Of a stretch of 64,000 bases of DNA, positions 1-9,966 are shown piece after piece (positions within the stretch are counted from its first letter, which is position 1; each line of letters opens with the position of its first letter). Below the pieces are notes generated by a model. That model worked only from the letters and a program-made list of their open reading frames with translations. It made no database searches and had not been told where the DNA came from. A program made the position numbers and the translations under genes. Source of the DNA: an uncultured Gemmatimonadaceae bacterium (GTDB lineage Bacteria; Gemmatimonadota; Gemmatimonadetes; Gemmatimonadales; Gemmatimonadaceae); contig CAWAGQ010000010.1 in assembly GCA_963781585.1 (NCBI GenBank), forward strand, positions 1 through 64,000, in the 5' to 3' direction.

Positions 1-8
1 GGTCATCG

Positions 9-788
9 TCAGGTGTGTGACTGGCAGGACGACGGGGAGCGGGAGCCATGGTCGGGCACGGGGCCGCGTCCAACTCGGTCGAGCGCGTCGATCTTCGCGA
101 CCCGGGCCTGGTGCCGGCCGCCGCCGAAGGCCGTGTCGAGAAAGGCGCGGACCACCTCCAGCGCGAGGCGCGCCCCGATCAGACCTCCGCCGAGTGTCAG
201 CAGGTTGGCGTTGTTGTGCTCGCGGGCATTGCGCGCGGTCGTCACGTCGTGGCACATGGCGGCCCGCACGCCCGCGACCTTGTTGGCGACCATGCAGCTG
301 CCGATGCCGGCCCCGTCGACCATGATACCGAACTCGGCGGCGCCAGCCGACACCGACCGCGCCACGGCCAGGGCGAAGTCGGGATAGTCCACCGCGGCGC
401 TGCCAGTGGTGCCGTGATCGACCACCGCATGACCCAGTTCGCGGAGGTGTGCGGCGATGGCGTCCTTCAACGCCACGCCGCCATGGTCGGCGCCCACCGC
501 GATGCGCAGCGTGACTGCCGCCGAGGGAACGCCGGAGGCCGCGTTTGCGGCGCCGTCTCCCGCCCTCTCGTTCACGCTGTTGCCTCCGGCGGCGCCGACC
601 GGCACCGGCTTCCCGCCGGTCCGCACCTTCCCTCGTTCACCGGCCAGTCCGGGCAACGCGATTCCCTTGGCATGCGCCAGGTCGATAGCGCTGGGCGTCA
701 CCGCAGCATCCCGGACGTCCAGCGCCGCAATGCCGTCGGCAATCGCCTTCCGCACCTCGCGCTCCGTTACGACTCGTCGCCGGGCCAT
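9..788 (-). CDS. rpiB: Ribose-5-phosphate isomerase B with ~90 aa N-terminal extension
   Basis: RpiB motifs IAVGADHGG, VDYPDFA, DGAGIGSCMVANKVAGVRAA, AREHNNAN, GGRHQARV. The next ATG on the minus strand is at position 6. Confidence 0.92.
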   Translation of the reverse strand: MARRRVVTEREVRKAIADGIAALDVRDAAVTPSAIDLAHAKGIALPGLAGERGKVRTGGKPVPVGAAGGNSVNERAGDGAANAASGVPSAAVTLRIAVGADHGGVALKDAIAAHLRELGHAVVDHGTTGSAAVDYPDFALAVARSVSAGAAEFGIMVDGAGIGSCMVANKVAGVRAAMCHDVTTARNAREHNNANLLTLGGGLIGARLALEVVRAFLDTAFGGGRHQARVAKIDALDRVGRGPVPDHGSRSPSSCQSHT

Positions 789-790
789 TA

Positions 791-841
791 ATCAGTCACA
801 TCCGTCATCAGTCGACAGTCGTCAGAAATCGGCGGTCCGTC
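791..841. repeat. Degenerate 7-bp tandem repeat (ATCAGTC/ATCCGTC/GACAGTC) abutting the rpiB start
   Basis: ATCAGTC ac ATCCGTC ATCAGTC GACAGTC GTCAGAA ATCGGCG GTCCGTC. Confidence 0.6.
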
Positions 842-986
842 AATCTGCGACAACGTTGACCGGCGGTCGAGCGTGCGCCGGATACCCTCCCGTCGATCGC
901 CCAGCCGCCGTGTACCCGGGCGGCACGGTGAGTGACGGGCTGGAGGTTCTAGCGTTTCGGGCAGCCGCCGCGTACAGTCTGTACGT

Positions 987-1342
987 ATGCCTAGCGAGAC
1001 AGGCGACCCGCGCGGCCGCCAGAACGTGTACGCGCGGATCGTCGCCATCGTATTGCTCCTCGTCCAGGCGGTAGTCGTCTCAACGCCCCTGGCGGAAGGA
1101 CGCAGTGGTCCCGGTGCGCGACAGCACGTCGAGGCGCGTAATGAGCAGCGCCACTACGCGCACGCGGAGGCCAACTGCGCGTTCTGCGCCGTGCGGTCGA
1201 TCCATGCGCCGGCCGCCACTGCACCCGCGCGGTCGCCCCGGAGCGTGGTGGTGCATCGCGGCGTCCGTGCCGTCCTCCTCCTCCCCCCTCCACCGACTTC
1301 CCGCTCCCGCACCTCTCGCGCGCGCCCCCCGCGCTGAGCTGA
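987..1342 (+). CDS. DUF2946/CruR/CutF-like leader protein (signal/TM, His-rich, CxxC, C-terminal RAPP after a -1 frameshift near 1285)
   Basis: TM segment IVAIVLLLVQAVVVS, then HVE...H..H...NCAFC. LSRAPPALS* lies in the -1 frame (1313-1342); adding one C to the C-run near 1283-1288 restores it. Confidence 0.7.
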
Positions 1343-1414
1343 GCACGGCCACCGGCCGTTGCGACCCGTCCCACCGACGGGTTTGCGCTCGACTCGCGTC
1401 TTCTGGGGGATTGC

Positions 1415-2732
1415 ATGCGCATTTGGAAGATCGTGTGCGCGCTGGCCACAACGGCCGGCGTCACATGGGCCCAACAGACCGGATCGCCAACGGCCACCCG
1501 GCCGGCGTCGCGCGCGAGCGCCGCCTACCCGGATACCCTCCGCCTCACGCGCAGCGAGGCTGTGGCCGCGGCGCTGGCAAACAACCCGCAGCTCGAGGTC
1601 GCCCGCGAGCAGACGTCGCAGGCCCGGGCGCGTCGCGTGCAGGCGGTGGCCATTCCCGATCCGACGCTCGTCGCCTCGCTCGACCAGCAGCCGGGATTCC
1701 TCAGGCTGGGCAGGCCGGCGAGAAGAACGTCGAGATGGACCTCTCGGTGCCGTTCCCGGACAAGTTCCGGCTGCACAACCGGATCGCGACCGCCGACGTG
1801 GAGTCGTCCGACTACCAGTTCACGCTGCTGCGCCAGCAGGTGGCCGCCGATGTGGCGCGTGCCTACGACGACCTGCTGCTCACGCGACGTCATCGGCGCG
1901 ACCTGCTCGACGGCCGCGCGCTGGCCGACTCGTTCCTCACCAGGGCGCAGGCGCGGTTCAACGCCGGCACCGTGGCCAGGCTCGACGTCATCAAGGCGCG
2001 GGTCGACGTGGCCCAGGCCGACAACGACCTGATCGCCAACGAGCGCGACATCGCCAACGCCGAAGCCGCCCTCAACCGGCTGCTCGGACGCTCGTTAGGT
2101 GCCTCGTCATCGAGCTCGACTCGCTCGACGTCCCGCGCGGATTGCCCGATCTGGGCGTGCTCGAGAGCACGGCGATGGCCGCGCGCCCCGAGCTGGGCGA
2201 CCTCAAGTCGCAGCGGAACGGTGCCCGCGCCAACACCGCGCTGGCCCGCGAGTTCTGGCTGCCGGACCTCTTCGTCGGGGCCACGCGGGACTACAACGCC
2301 CCGGGCAGCCAGGCCTACTCGGCCGGCATCGGACTCGCCTTCCCGCTCTTCTTCTGGCAGCACACGCGCGGCGAGATCGCCGAGTCGCAGCATCGCGAGC
2401 GCGAACTCGCCGCCGCCTATCAGGACCTCCGCGCCGAGGTTGGACAGGACGTGCGGCAGGCGTACGCCAGCGCCGAGACGGCGCTCCGACAGGCGCTCTA
2501 CATCCGCGACGAGCTGCTTCCGGCCGCCCAGGAGGCCTTTCGCGTGGCGTCGGTGAGCTACGGACTCGGTGGTTCTTCGGCCCTCGAGGTGCTCGACGCG
2601 CGCCGCACACTCCTCGATGCCGAGAGCCAGTATGCCGAGGCCCTCGCCAATGCGAACTCCGCGCGCTCCGACCTGGAACGCGCGGTGGGCCGCCCCCTCG
2701 ACTCGTTCCCAACCGGAGATGCCCGTGAATAG
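1415..2732 (+). CDS. czcC: TolC/CzcC-family outer-membrane efflux protein (frameshifts near 1709 and 2102)
   Basis: Signal peptide plus ALANNPQL, then RFNAGTVARLDVIKARV, then YGLGGSSALEVLDARRTL, spread over three frames joined at short G/C runs. Confidence 0.8.
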
Positions 2733-3902
2733 CCGCCACCTGTCCCGAGAGCGCTTCCCGTCGTCGTCCTGGCCGCGTCGACCTGGTGGATCGCCGGCTG
2801 CTCGTCAGGCGACGCCGATGCGAACGGCGCCGGCGCCGCCAATGCACATCCCGACTCGCTCGCGGCGCAAGGGTACACACTGAGCGACTCGCAACGCGCG
2901 CGCATCACCGTCCGGAGCGTCGCCGAGACCACGTTCATGCCCGTTCTCGAGGTGACCGGCAACGTCGCGTTCAACGGCGATCACTCCACGCCGGTGCTGT
3001 CGCAGATCTCGGGGCCGGTGACGCGGATCCTGGCGCAGCCGGGCACGATGGTGCACGCCGGCGACGTGCTGGCTGTGGTATCGTCGCCCGACTTCGCGTC
3101 GGCGGTGGCCGACTATCGAAAGGCCGACGCCGGATGGCGCAACGCCAAGCGCATCGCCGATCGCGACGAGGAGCTGTTCAAGAACGACGCGCTCGCGCGA
3201 AGCGATCTCGATCAGGCGCGGACCGATCTGGCTGCCGCCGCGGCCGACCTCGAGGCGGCGACACAGCAGCTCCGCGCGCTAGGCGTCGATGACCAGACTG
3301 TCGCCGCGATCCGGGACGGGACCGGGACCGTACCCGTCGAGGGGATCATTCGGGCGCCGATCGCCGGCACCGTGGTCGAGAAGCTCATCTCGCCGGGCCA
3401 GGTGCTGGAGGGAGGCGGCACGGTCGCATTCACCGTGGCCGACCTGTCCACGATGTGGGTCTTCGCCAACGTCTTCGAGACCGATCTGGCGGTGGTGCAC
3501 GAGGGCGAGGACGCTGACGTCGTGACTGGCGCGTCGACGACTCCGGTGCCCGGGCGCATCGACTACATCGCGGCCCTCGTCGACCCGGCGACGAAGGCGA
3601 CCCAGGTGCGGATCGTGGCGCAGAATCCGCGGCACGTCCTCAGGCGCGACATGCTCGTGACGGTGCGCATCCACGCCGACCGTCCGCGCAAGGGGATCCT
3701 GCTGCCGGCGTCGGCGGTGATGCGCGATGACGACAACCTGCCGTTCGTGTTCATCGCCCGTCCCGACTGCAGCTTCGTGCGTCGCCGCGTCGATCTGGGG
3801 TCCCACCTTGGCGACCGATACGAGATCCTGTCAGGAGTGAACAGCGGGGACCGCGTCGTCGTCGACGGGGCGCTGTTCATCCAGTTCGCGGAGTCCCAGT
3901 GA
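2725..3902 (+). CDS. czcB: RND periplasmic adaptor (CzcB/CusB-like) lipoprotein; frameshift near 2745
   Basis: GTG start after GGAG; lipobox IAGC in the downstream frame; adaptor motifs IRAPIAGTVVEK, ADLSTMWV, GDRVVVDGALF. Confidence 0.85.
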
Positions 3903-6900
3903 GCCATTCGTCCCTGCCGACGTCGGCGGACCAGGCACCCAGCGGCCCGTCGCTGATCCACCGCATCGTCACCGCGGCGCTGGGACAGCCGCTGCTGGTG
4001 CTCATCTTCTCGCTGGTCGTGGTCGGAGCGGGCGTCTGGTCGTTCACGCGGCTGCCGGTGGACGCCTACCCCGACATCTCCCCGCCGATCGTCGACATCA
4101 TCACGCAGTGGCCCGGCCATGCCGCCGAGGAGGTGGAGCGCCTGATCACGGTGCCGTTGGAGAACGAGATGAACGGTGTGGAACGGCTGCGGGTGGAGCG
4201 GTCGATCTCGCTGTTCGGGTTGTCCGACGTGTCGCTGACGTTCGTTGATCGAACAGACCCCTACTTCGCGCGCCAGCGCGTGTTCGAGCGGATCGCCGAC
4301 GCCGAGTTGCCGGACGGCGTCTCGCCGTCGGTGGAGCCGCTGATGGCGCCCTCGGGGCTCATCTACCGCTACGTGCTGGACAGCCCCGACCGCTCGGCGA
4401 TGGACCTCAAGGTCATCAACGACTGGGTGCTCGCCAAGGCCTACAAGGGCGTGCCGGGTGTGGCCGAGATGTCGGGCATTGGCGGGGAGACGATGGAGTA
4501 CCAGGTGGTCGTCGATCCGATCAAGCTGGCCGGCGCGGGTCTGGGCATCGGCGACGTCGTCTCGACGTTAGGCGCCAATAACAGCAACGCGGGCGGCGGC
4601 TTCTACGCCGAAGGGGGGCAGTTCTTCTATGTCCGCGGCCTGGGTCGCGTCGAGACGCTCGACGACATCGGCAAGGTGGTCCTCAAGGTCGACAACGGGA
4701 AGCCGGTCACGGTAAAGGACATCGGCCAGGTGGAGATCGGCCATGCCCCCCGGCTGGGTCAGTTCGGGTTCAATGAGCGCGATGATGCTGTGGAGGGCAT
4801 CGTGCTGATGCGCTCCGGCGAGCAGGCCCAGACGGTCCTGAAACGGGTCGAGGCGAAGACCGCCGAGCTCAATCGCTCGGTCCTGCCGCCGGACGTGAAG
4901 ATCCGGCCGTACTACGACCGCAGCGACCTGATCGCGCTCACGACGCGCACCGTGGAGGACAACCTGTTGCGCGGAATCGTGCTGGTGATCGTCGTCCTGA
5001 TCTTCTTCCTGTACAACGTGCGTACCGGGTTGATTGTGGCGGCCACCATTCCGCTCTCGCTCCTGTTCGCCTTCATCATCCTCGACCTGCGAAACATTCC
5101 GGCGAACCTGTTGTCAATCGGTGCCATCGATTTCGGCATCCTGGTGGATGGCGGAGTGGTGATGGTGGAGAACATCTACCGTCAGCTGGCGCGGCGACAC
5201 GGCACGACGTACTCGATTCGCGAAGTCATCGCCACCGCCGCCGCCGAAGTGGACCGCCCGATCGTGTACGCGGTGGCGGTGATCGTCGCCGGATTCCTGC
5301 CCATTTACGTGCTCTCGGGACCGTCGGGACGGCTCTTCACGCCCATGGCCGACACGATGATCTACGCGTTGATCGGGTCGCTGGTGCTCACCCTCACGCT
5401 GCTGCCCGTGCTGTGCATGCGGTTGCTCCGACGCGGCGTGCGCGAACGGAGGAATCCGGTCTTCGAGCGCGTGCGGTCGTGGTACGAGCGCGGACTCGAC
5501 TGGAGCCTGGTTCACCGGCGCATCGTCATCGGGGGATCGGTGCTCCTCGCTGGGCTTGCCCTCGTGCTGGTGACCACGGTCGGGGCCGAGTTCATGCCCC
5601 ATCTGGACGAAGGCGCGCTCTGGGTGCGCGCCACGATGCCGTACACCATTTCGCTCGAAGAATCGCAGAAGATCGTCCCGCAGATCCGCGCCATCCTCCG
5701 TTCGTTCCCGGAAGTCACCGTGGTGGGGTCCGAGCACGGACGGCCGGATGACGGCACCGATGCCACCGGCTTCTTCAACGCGGAGTTCTTCGTCGGGCTC
5801 AAGCCGTATTCGGAATGGAAAGGGCCGTATCACCGCAAACCGGATCTGATCGAGGCCGTTGACAAGAAGCTTTCCGCCTTCCCGGGAATCACGTTCAACT
5901 ACACACAGCCCGCTGAAGACAACGTCAACGAGGTGGAGACCGGCTTGAAGAGTTCTCTCGACGTCAAGCTCTTCGGCTCCGACCTGAAGGTGCTCCAGAC
6001 CAAGGGATTGCAGATCAAGCACGTCCTGGACGGTGTGCGTGGCATCACGCACGTCACGCTGGTGCAGGAGCTCGGGCAGCCCAGTCTCACCGTGACCGCG
6101 GACCGCGAGAAACTCGCCCGGTACGGGCTCAATGTGGAGGATGTGAACGGCCTGATCGAAGCAGCGGTAGGTGGTGCGGCGGCGACGCAGGTGGTCCAGG
6201 GAGAGCGGCTGTTCGATCTGGTGGTGCGCCTGTCGCCGCAATACCGGGAAACGCCGGAGGCGATCGGGAATATTCTGCTCCCGACGCCGGTCGGCGATCA
6301 GGTTCCGCTGCGGACCGTGGCCCGCCTGGAGTTGAGCAACGGCGCGTCGTTCATCTACCGGCAGAACAACGCGCGATTCATCGGCATTCAGTACTCGGTG
6401 GAAGGACGCGATCTGGCAGGCGCGGTCCGCGACGCGCAGGCACAGGTGGCGCGAACCGTCTCGTTGCCGCAGGGATACCGCACGGTCTGGGGGGGCGAGT
6501 TCGAGGAGTACACGGCGTCGCGTTCCCAGCTCCAACTGGTGCTCCCGATTACGCTGGGTCTCATCTTCCTGCTCCTGTTCGCCCTCTATCACAACTTCAA
6601 GTTTCCGTTGATCACGGTGGTGGGAGTGCTGCTGTCGGCGCCGATCGGGGGCATCATCGTCCTGGCGCTGACCGGCACGCCCTTCTCGGTGTCGTCGGGG
6701 ATCGGCTTTCTGGCACTCTTCGGCGTGTCGGTCCAGACGGCCGTGGTCTACATCTCGTACGCCAACGAATTGCGGCTTGCGGGACGGGGCATCCATGACG
6801 CCACGCGCGAGGCAGCCATTCTCCGGCTGCGACCCATCATGATGACGGCCTTGGTTGCCGCGTTAGGCCTGCTCCCGGCCGCGCTATCTACCGGTGTGGG

Positions 6901-7030
6901 GTCGGACTCGCAGAAGCCGTTCGCGATGGTCATCGTGGGCGGCCTGTTCTCGCGCCTTCTGATCAGCGTCTTCCTCATGCCGGTGCTGTATCTGGTGGCG
7001 GCCAGGGAACACGATCACCTCGAGGTGTAG
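3899..7030 (+). CDS. czcA: CzcA/CusA heavy-metal efflux RND permease
   Basis: 1043 aa; LPVDAYPDIS, GAIDFGILVDG, EFMPHLDEG, RLRPIMMTALVAALGLLP. Confidence 0.95.
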   Translation: MSHSSLPTSADQAPSGPSLIHRIVTAALGQPLLVLIFSLVVVGAGVWSFTRLPVDAYPDISPPIVDIITQWPGHAAEEVERLITVPLENEMNGVERLRVERSISLFGLSDVSLTFVDRTDPYFARQRVFERIADAELPDGVSPSVEPLMAPSGLIYRYVLDSPDRSAMDLKVINDWVLAKAYKGVPGVAEMSGIGGETMEYQVVVDPIKLAGAGLGIGDVVSTLGANNSNAGGGFYAEGGQFFYVRGLGRVETLDDIGKVVLKVDNGKPVTVKDIGQVEIGHAPRLGQFGFNERDDAVEGIVLMRSGEQAQTVLKRVEAKTAELNRSVLPPDVKIRPYYDRSDLIALTTRTVEDNLLRGIVLVIVVLIFFLYNVRTGLIVAATIPLSLLFAFIILDLRNIPANLLSIGAIDFGILVDGGVVMVENIYRQLARRHGTTYSIREVIATAAAEVDRPIVYAVAVIVAGFLPIYVLSGPSGRLFTPMADTMIYALIGSLVLTLTLLPVLCMRLLRRGVRERRNPVFERVRSWYERGLDWSLVHRRIVIGGSVLLAGLALVLVTTVGAEFMPHLDEGALWVRATMPYTISLEESQKIVPQIRAILRSFPEVTVVGSEHGRPDDGTDATGFFNAEFFVGLKPYSEWKGPYHRKPDLIEAVDKKLSAFPGITFNYTQPAEDNVNEVETGLKSSLDVKLFGSDLKVLQTKGLQIKHVLDGVRGITHVTLVQELGQPSLTVTADREKLARYGLNVEDVNGLIEAAVGGAAATQVVQGERLFDLVVRLSPQYRETPEAIGNILLPTPVGDQVPLRTVARLELSNGASFIYRQNNARFIGIQYSVEGRDLAGAVRDAQAQVARTVSLPQGYRTVWGGEFEEYTASRSQLQLVLPITLGLIFLLLFALYHNFKFPLITVVGVLLSAPIGGIIVLALTGTPFSVSSGIGFLALFGVSVQTAVVYISYANELRLAGRGIHDATREAAILRLRPIMMTALVAALGLLPAALSTGVGSDSQKPFAMVIVGGLFSRLLISVFLMPVLYLVAAREHDHLEV

Positions 7031-7039
7031 CCGAACCGG

Positions 7040-7474
7040 ATGAGTGCGACATCGACGAACCGACCGACCGCCGAAGTGAAGGCGCGCGGGCGCGCGAGCA
7101 GCGCGGTCGACCGGCCCGTCTCGTGCGTGGTCCGCGAACGATCCTGGTTGCGGATCGGCCTGGCCGTGCTGGCCATGCTGCAGGCGCTGGCGCCGGGCAT
7201 CGCATCGGTCGCCGACGCCCGTCCGGAAGCCGCGGCCCTCGCACAGCACATCGCGCCCCACGTCGAAGAGTTCGGCGCGAAGCACCCATGGCGTTCACAC
7301 CTCGACAACTGCGTCCTCTGCCAGATCGCCGCGCGACACTTCACACCCACGCATCGCGCGCCGATCATCCCGGCCGCAAACGCCCGCGCCCTCCCCGCCG
7401 CGGACGTCCTCGCGTGCGCGGTGACCGCCGGACGCTGGGCCGCGCCCAATTCCCGCGCGCCGCCCGCCGTCTGA
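7040..7474 (+). CDS. DUF2946/CruR/CutF-like leader protein with CxxC and C-terminal RAPP (true start possibly GTG 7127)
   Basis: Signal/TM LRIGLAVLAMLQALA; HVEEFGAKHPWRSHLDNCVLC; ends NSRAPPAV*; lies directly upstream of a TonB-dependent receptor. Confidence 0.8.
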   Translation: MSATSTNRPTAEVKARGRASSAVDRPVSCVVRERSWLRIGLAVLAMLQALAPGIASVADARPEAAALAQHIAPHVEEFGAKHPWRSHLDNCVLCQIAARHFTPTHRAPIIPAANARALPAADVLACAVTAGRWAAPNSRAPPAV

Positions 7475-7585
7475 ACCCCGCGCCGCGTGACGCGGCGCCC
7501 CACACCCGCTGAGCACCGCACCCCGACCCCTCGTGCGCGAGGGGACATCGCGCGTGCGGCCACCCACAATTGCGGAGTTCAGACC

Positions 7586-9853
7586 ATGCGAGTCTCCACG
7601 TTCACGCGCGGCGTTCTCGTTGCCGCCGCCTCATACCTGCATCCACCCGAGCGGATCCCGGTTCCTGCCGCGAGATTCCCGGGCAGCATTCCAGTGGTCG
7701 CCCCCGCCGTCACCGGCACCGTCCGCGACAGCTCCGGCGTCCCGCTCCCCGATGTGCGAGTCATCATAGCGGCCCTCAACCGCTCGACCACGAGCGACGC
7801 CGAGGGACATTTCATCTTCCGCGGTCTTCCTCAGGGCCATCATCATCTCGACGCCATCCTGATCGGGTTCGCCAAGGCGGAAGCGCAGGTCGACGTGCCC
7901 GCCAGCGGACCGGATGTCACAGTGGAAATCGTGATGCATCCATCGGCTGTGCGGCTCTCGGGCGTCGTGGTTTCGGCGTCGCCCACCGGAGGGGATGCCC
8001 TGGGCATCACCCAGTCAACCGTCGATCTCTCGGGCAAGGACCTCAGCGCCACGCTCGCGGCCAGCATTGCCCAGACGCTGGAGAAGGAACCGGGCATGGC
8101 GACGCGCTACAATGGTCCCGCGGCCACGCTCCCGGTGATCCGCGGCCTCACCGGCGAGCGCATTCTGGTCCTGCAGGACGGACAGCGCAGCGGGGACCTG
8201 TCGTCCGCGGCGCCCGACCACGGCCTGACCATCGATCCGCTGTCGGCCGATCGCATCGAAGTGGTCCGCGGCCCCGCGTCGCTTCTCTATGGAACGGCGG
8301 CGCTCGGCGGCGTGGTCAACGTCATCTCCAACGACATTCCCACGGTCGTGCCCACGCATTTCTCCGGCTTTCTGGCCGGACAGACCGAGACCGTGCATCC
8401 CGGTGGCGCCGCTACCGCCACCGCGACCATCCCGCTCGGCACGGCGCTGGCCCTCACCGGCGGCGGCGGACTGCGCAACGACCAGAGTGTCTACATGGGC
8501 GGCCGCGAGCGCCTGCAGAACTCCGATGCGCGCGACAACCATGAACACGTGGGACTCGGCTACGTGGGCGACAAGGGTTCACTCGGCGTCTCGTACCGCC
8601 GCTACAAGTTCACCTACGGACTGCCTGGTGAGGAGGGCGACCCCGAGCTCGGCGGGAAGATCGACGGGCTCCGCAACGACGGGTCTCTGCGCGCGGACCT
8701 GGGAGGCAGCAACGGCGCTTTCCGCGGGCTCAACCTCACCGGCACGGTGCAGACGTACAAGCACGACGAGCTCGAAAACACCGGCGCTGTGGGAACGTCG
8801 TTCAACCTCAGGACGCAAACGGCGAACGCGACCGCGAAGACGCAATTCGGTGGCGTGTCAGGGGCGATCGGTGTGAGCGGGCTGTTCAAGCAGTACGCGT
8901 CGACCGGTGAGGAGGCCCTCACGCCCGCGGCGGACAGCAAGAACTTCGGCACGTTCCTGTTCGAGGAGATCCCCCTGCGGAGCTCCGGGGACAACGCGCC
9001 GAAGTTGCAGCTCGGTGCACGCCTCGACACCTACGGCATCGACTCGAAGGCCGGCGATCCCAAGTTCGGGCCTGCGCGCAGCCGGACCTTCACCGCCTTC
9101 TCGGGATCGGCGGGGGTGACCATTCCGACCGGTCCCAGCGCCTCGTTCGCGGTAAACGTCGCGCGCTCGTTCCGGGCGCCGACGGTCGAGGAACTCTTCT
9201 CCAACGCCTTCCACGCCGCCGAGGGCGCGTTCGACGTGGGCAATCCCGACCTCAGTCCGGAGACCAACAACGGCGCCGAAGTCGTCTACCGGATCGCGTC
9301 GTCGTCGGTGAATGGCCAGTTTTCCGCGTACTACAACAGGATCAGCAACTTCATCCTGCCTGATGTGCGTGGCGACACCGTGATCGACGGTGAGACGGTA
9401 CCGCTGAATCACTTCTCGCAGTCCGACGCCTCGTTGCGCGGCGTGGAAGCGCAGATTGAGGGCGAGGTGTTGCCGCACGTCGTGCTGGGTGGCCAGGGCG
9501 ACTTCGTGCGGGGCACGCTGACCGGAGGCGACAACGTCCCGTTCATGCCGCCGGCGCGCATCGGCGGACACCTCCGATGGGACAACGGGCGGTTCAGTCT
9601 TGGCGGCGACGTCCGACACGGGCTGAAGCAGGACAAGGTGTCGGGAGGCGCCATCGACGTGCCGACCGAGGCCTATACGGTAGTGAATTTCACGGCAGGC
9701 TGGAGCATGATCAGGGGCGGTCTGGTGCACCAGTTCACGCTGCGGGTCGACAACCTGACCGACACCAGGTACCGGGATGCGACCAGCTGGATCAAGAGTT
9801 TCGCGTACAACCCCGGCCGCAACGTGGCCCTGGTGTACAAGGTGCTCTTCTAG
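7586..9853 (+). CDS. TonB-dependent receptor, ZnuD-like metal uptake type, with carboxypeptidase-regulatory-like N-domain
   Basis: Plug motif RIEVVRGPASLLYG..ALGGVVN; RSFRAPTVEELF...H...GNPDL; PGRN and terminal Phe; GGAG before ATG 7586. Confidence 0.92.
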   Translation: MRVSTFTRGVLVAAASYLHPPERIPVPAARFPGSIPVVAPAVTGTVRDSSGVPLPDVRVIIAALNRSTTSDAEGHFIFRGLPQGHHHLDAILIGFAKAEAQVDVPASGPDVTVEIVMHPSAVRLSGVVVSASPTGGDALGITQSTVDLSGKDLSATLAASIAQTLEKEPGMATRYNGPAATLPVIRGLTGERILVLQDGQRSGDLSSAAPDHGLTIDPLSADRIEVVRGPASLLYGTAALGGVVNVISNDIPTVVPTHFSGFLAGQTETVHPGGAATATATIPLGTALALTGGGGLRNDQSVYMGGRERLQNSDARDNHEHVGLGYVGDKGSLGVSYRRYKFTYGLPGEEGDPELGGKIDGLRNDGSLRADLGGSNGAFRGLNLTGTVQTYKHDELENTGAVGTSFNLRTQTANATAKTQFGGVSGAIGVSGLFKQYASTGEEALTPAADSKNFGTFLFEEIPLRSSGDNAPKLQLGARLDTYGIDSKAGDPKFGPARSRTFTAFSGSAGVTIPTGPSASFAVNVARSFRAPTVEELFSNAFHAAEGAFDVGNPDLSPETNNGAEVVYRIASSSVNGQFSAYYNRISNFILPDVRGDTVIDGETVPLNHFSQSDASLRGVEAQIEGEVLPHVVLGGQGDFVRGTLTGGDNVPFMPPARIGGHLRWDNGRFSLGGDVRHGLKQDKVSGGAIDVPTEAYTVVNFTAGWSMIRGGLVHQFTLRVDNLTDTRYRDATSWIKSFAYNPGRNVALVYKVLF

Positions 9854-9966
9854 GGGTCGCACGGTGCGGCGCCGGCCGGGTGTCCGCGATGTTGCGGGCA
9901 CATCCGGCTTCGGCGCGTCCCTCGGCCGCCTGGTGCGGCGGCGCCGGTCCGGGTGGGCGGGATGCG

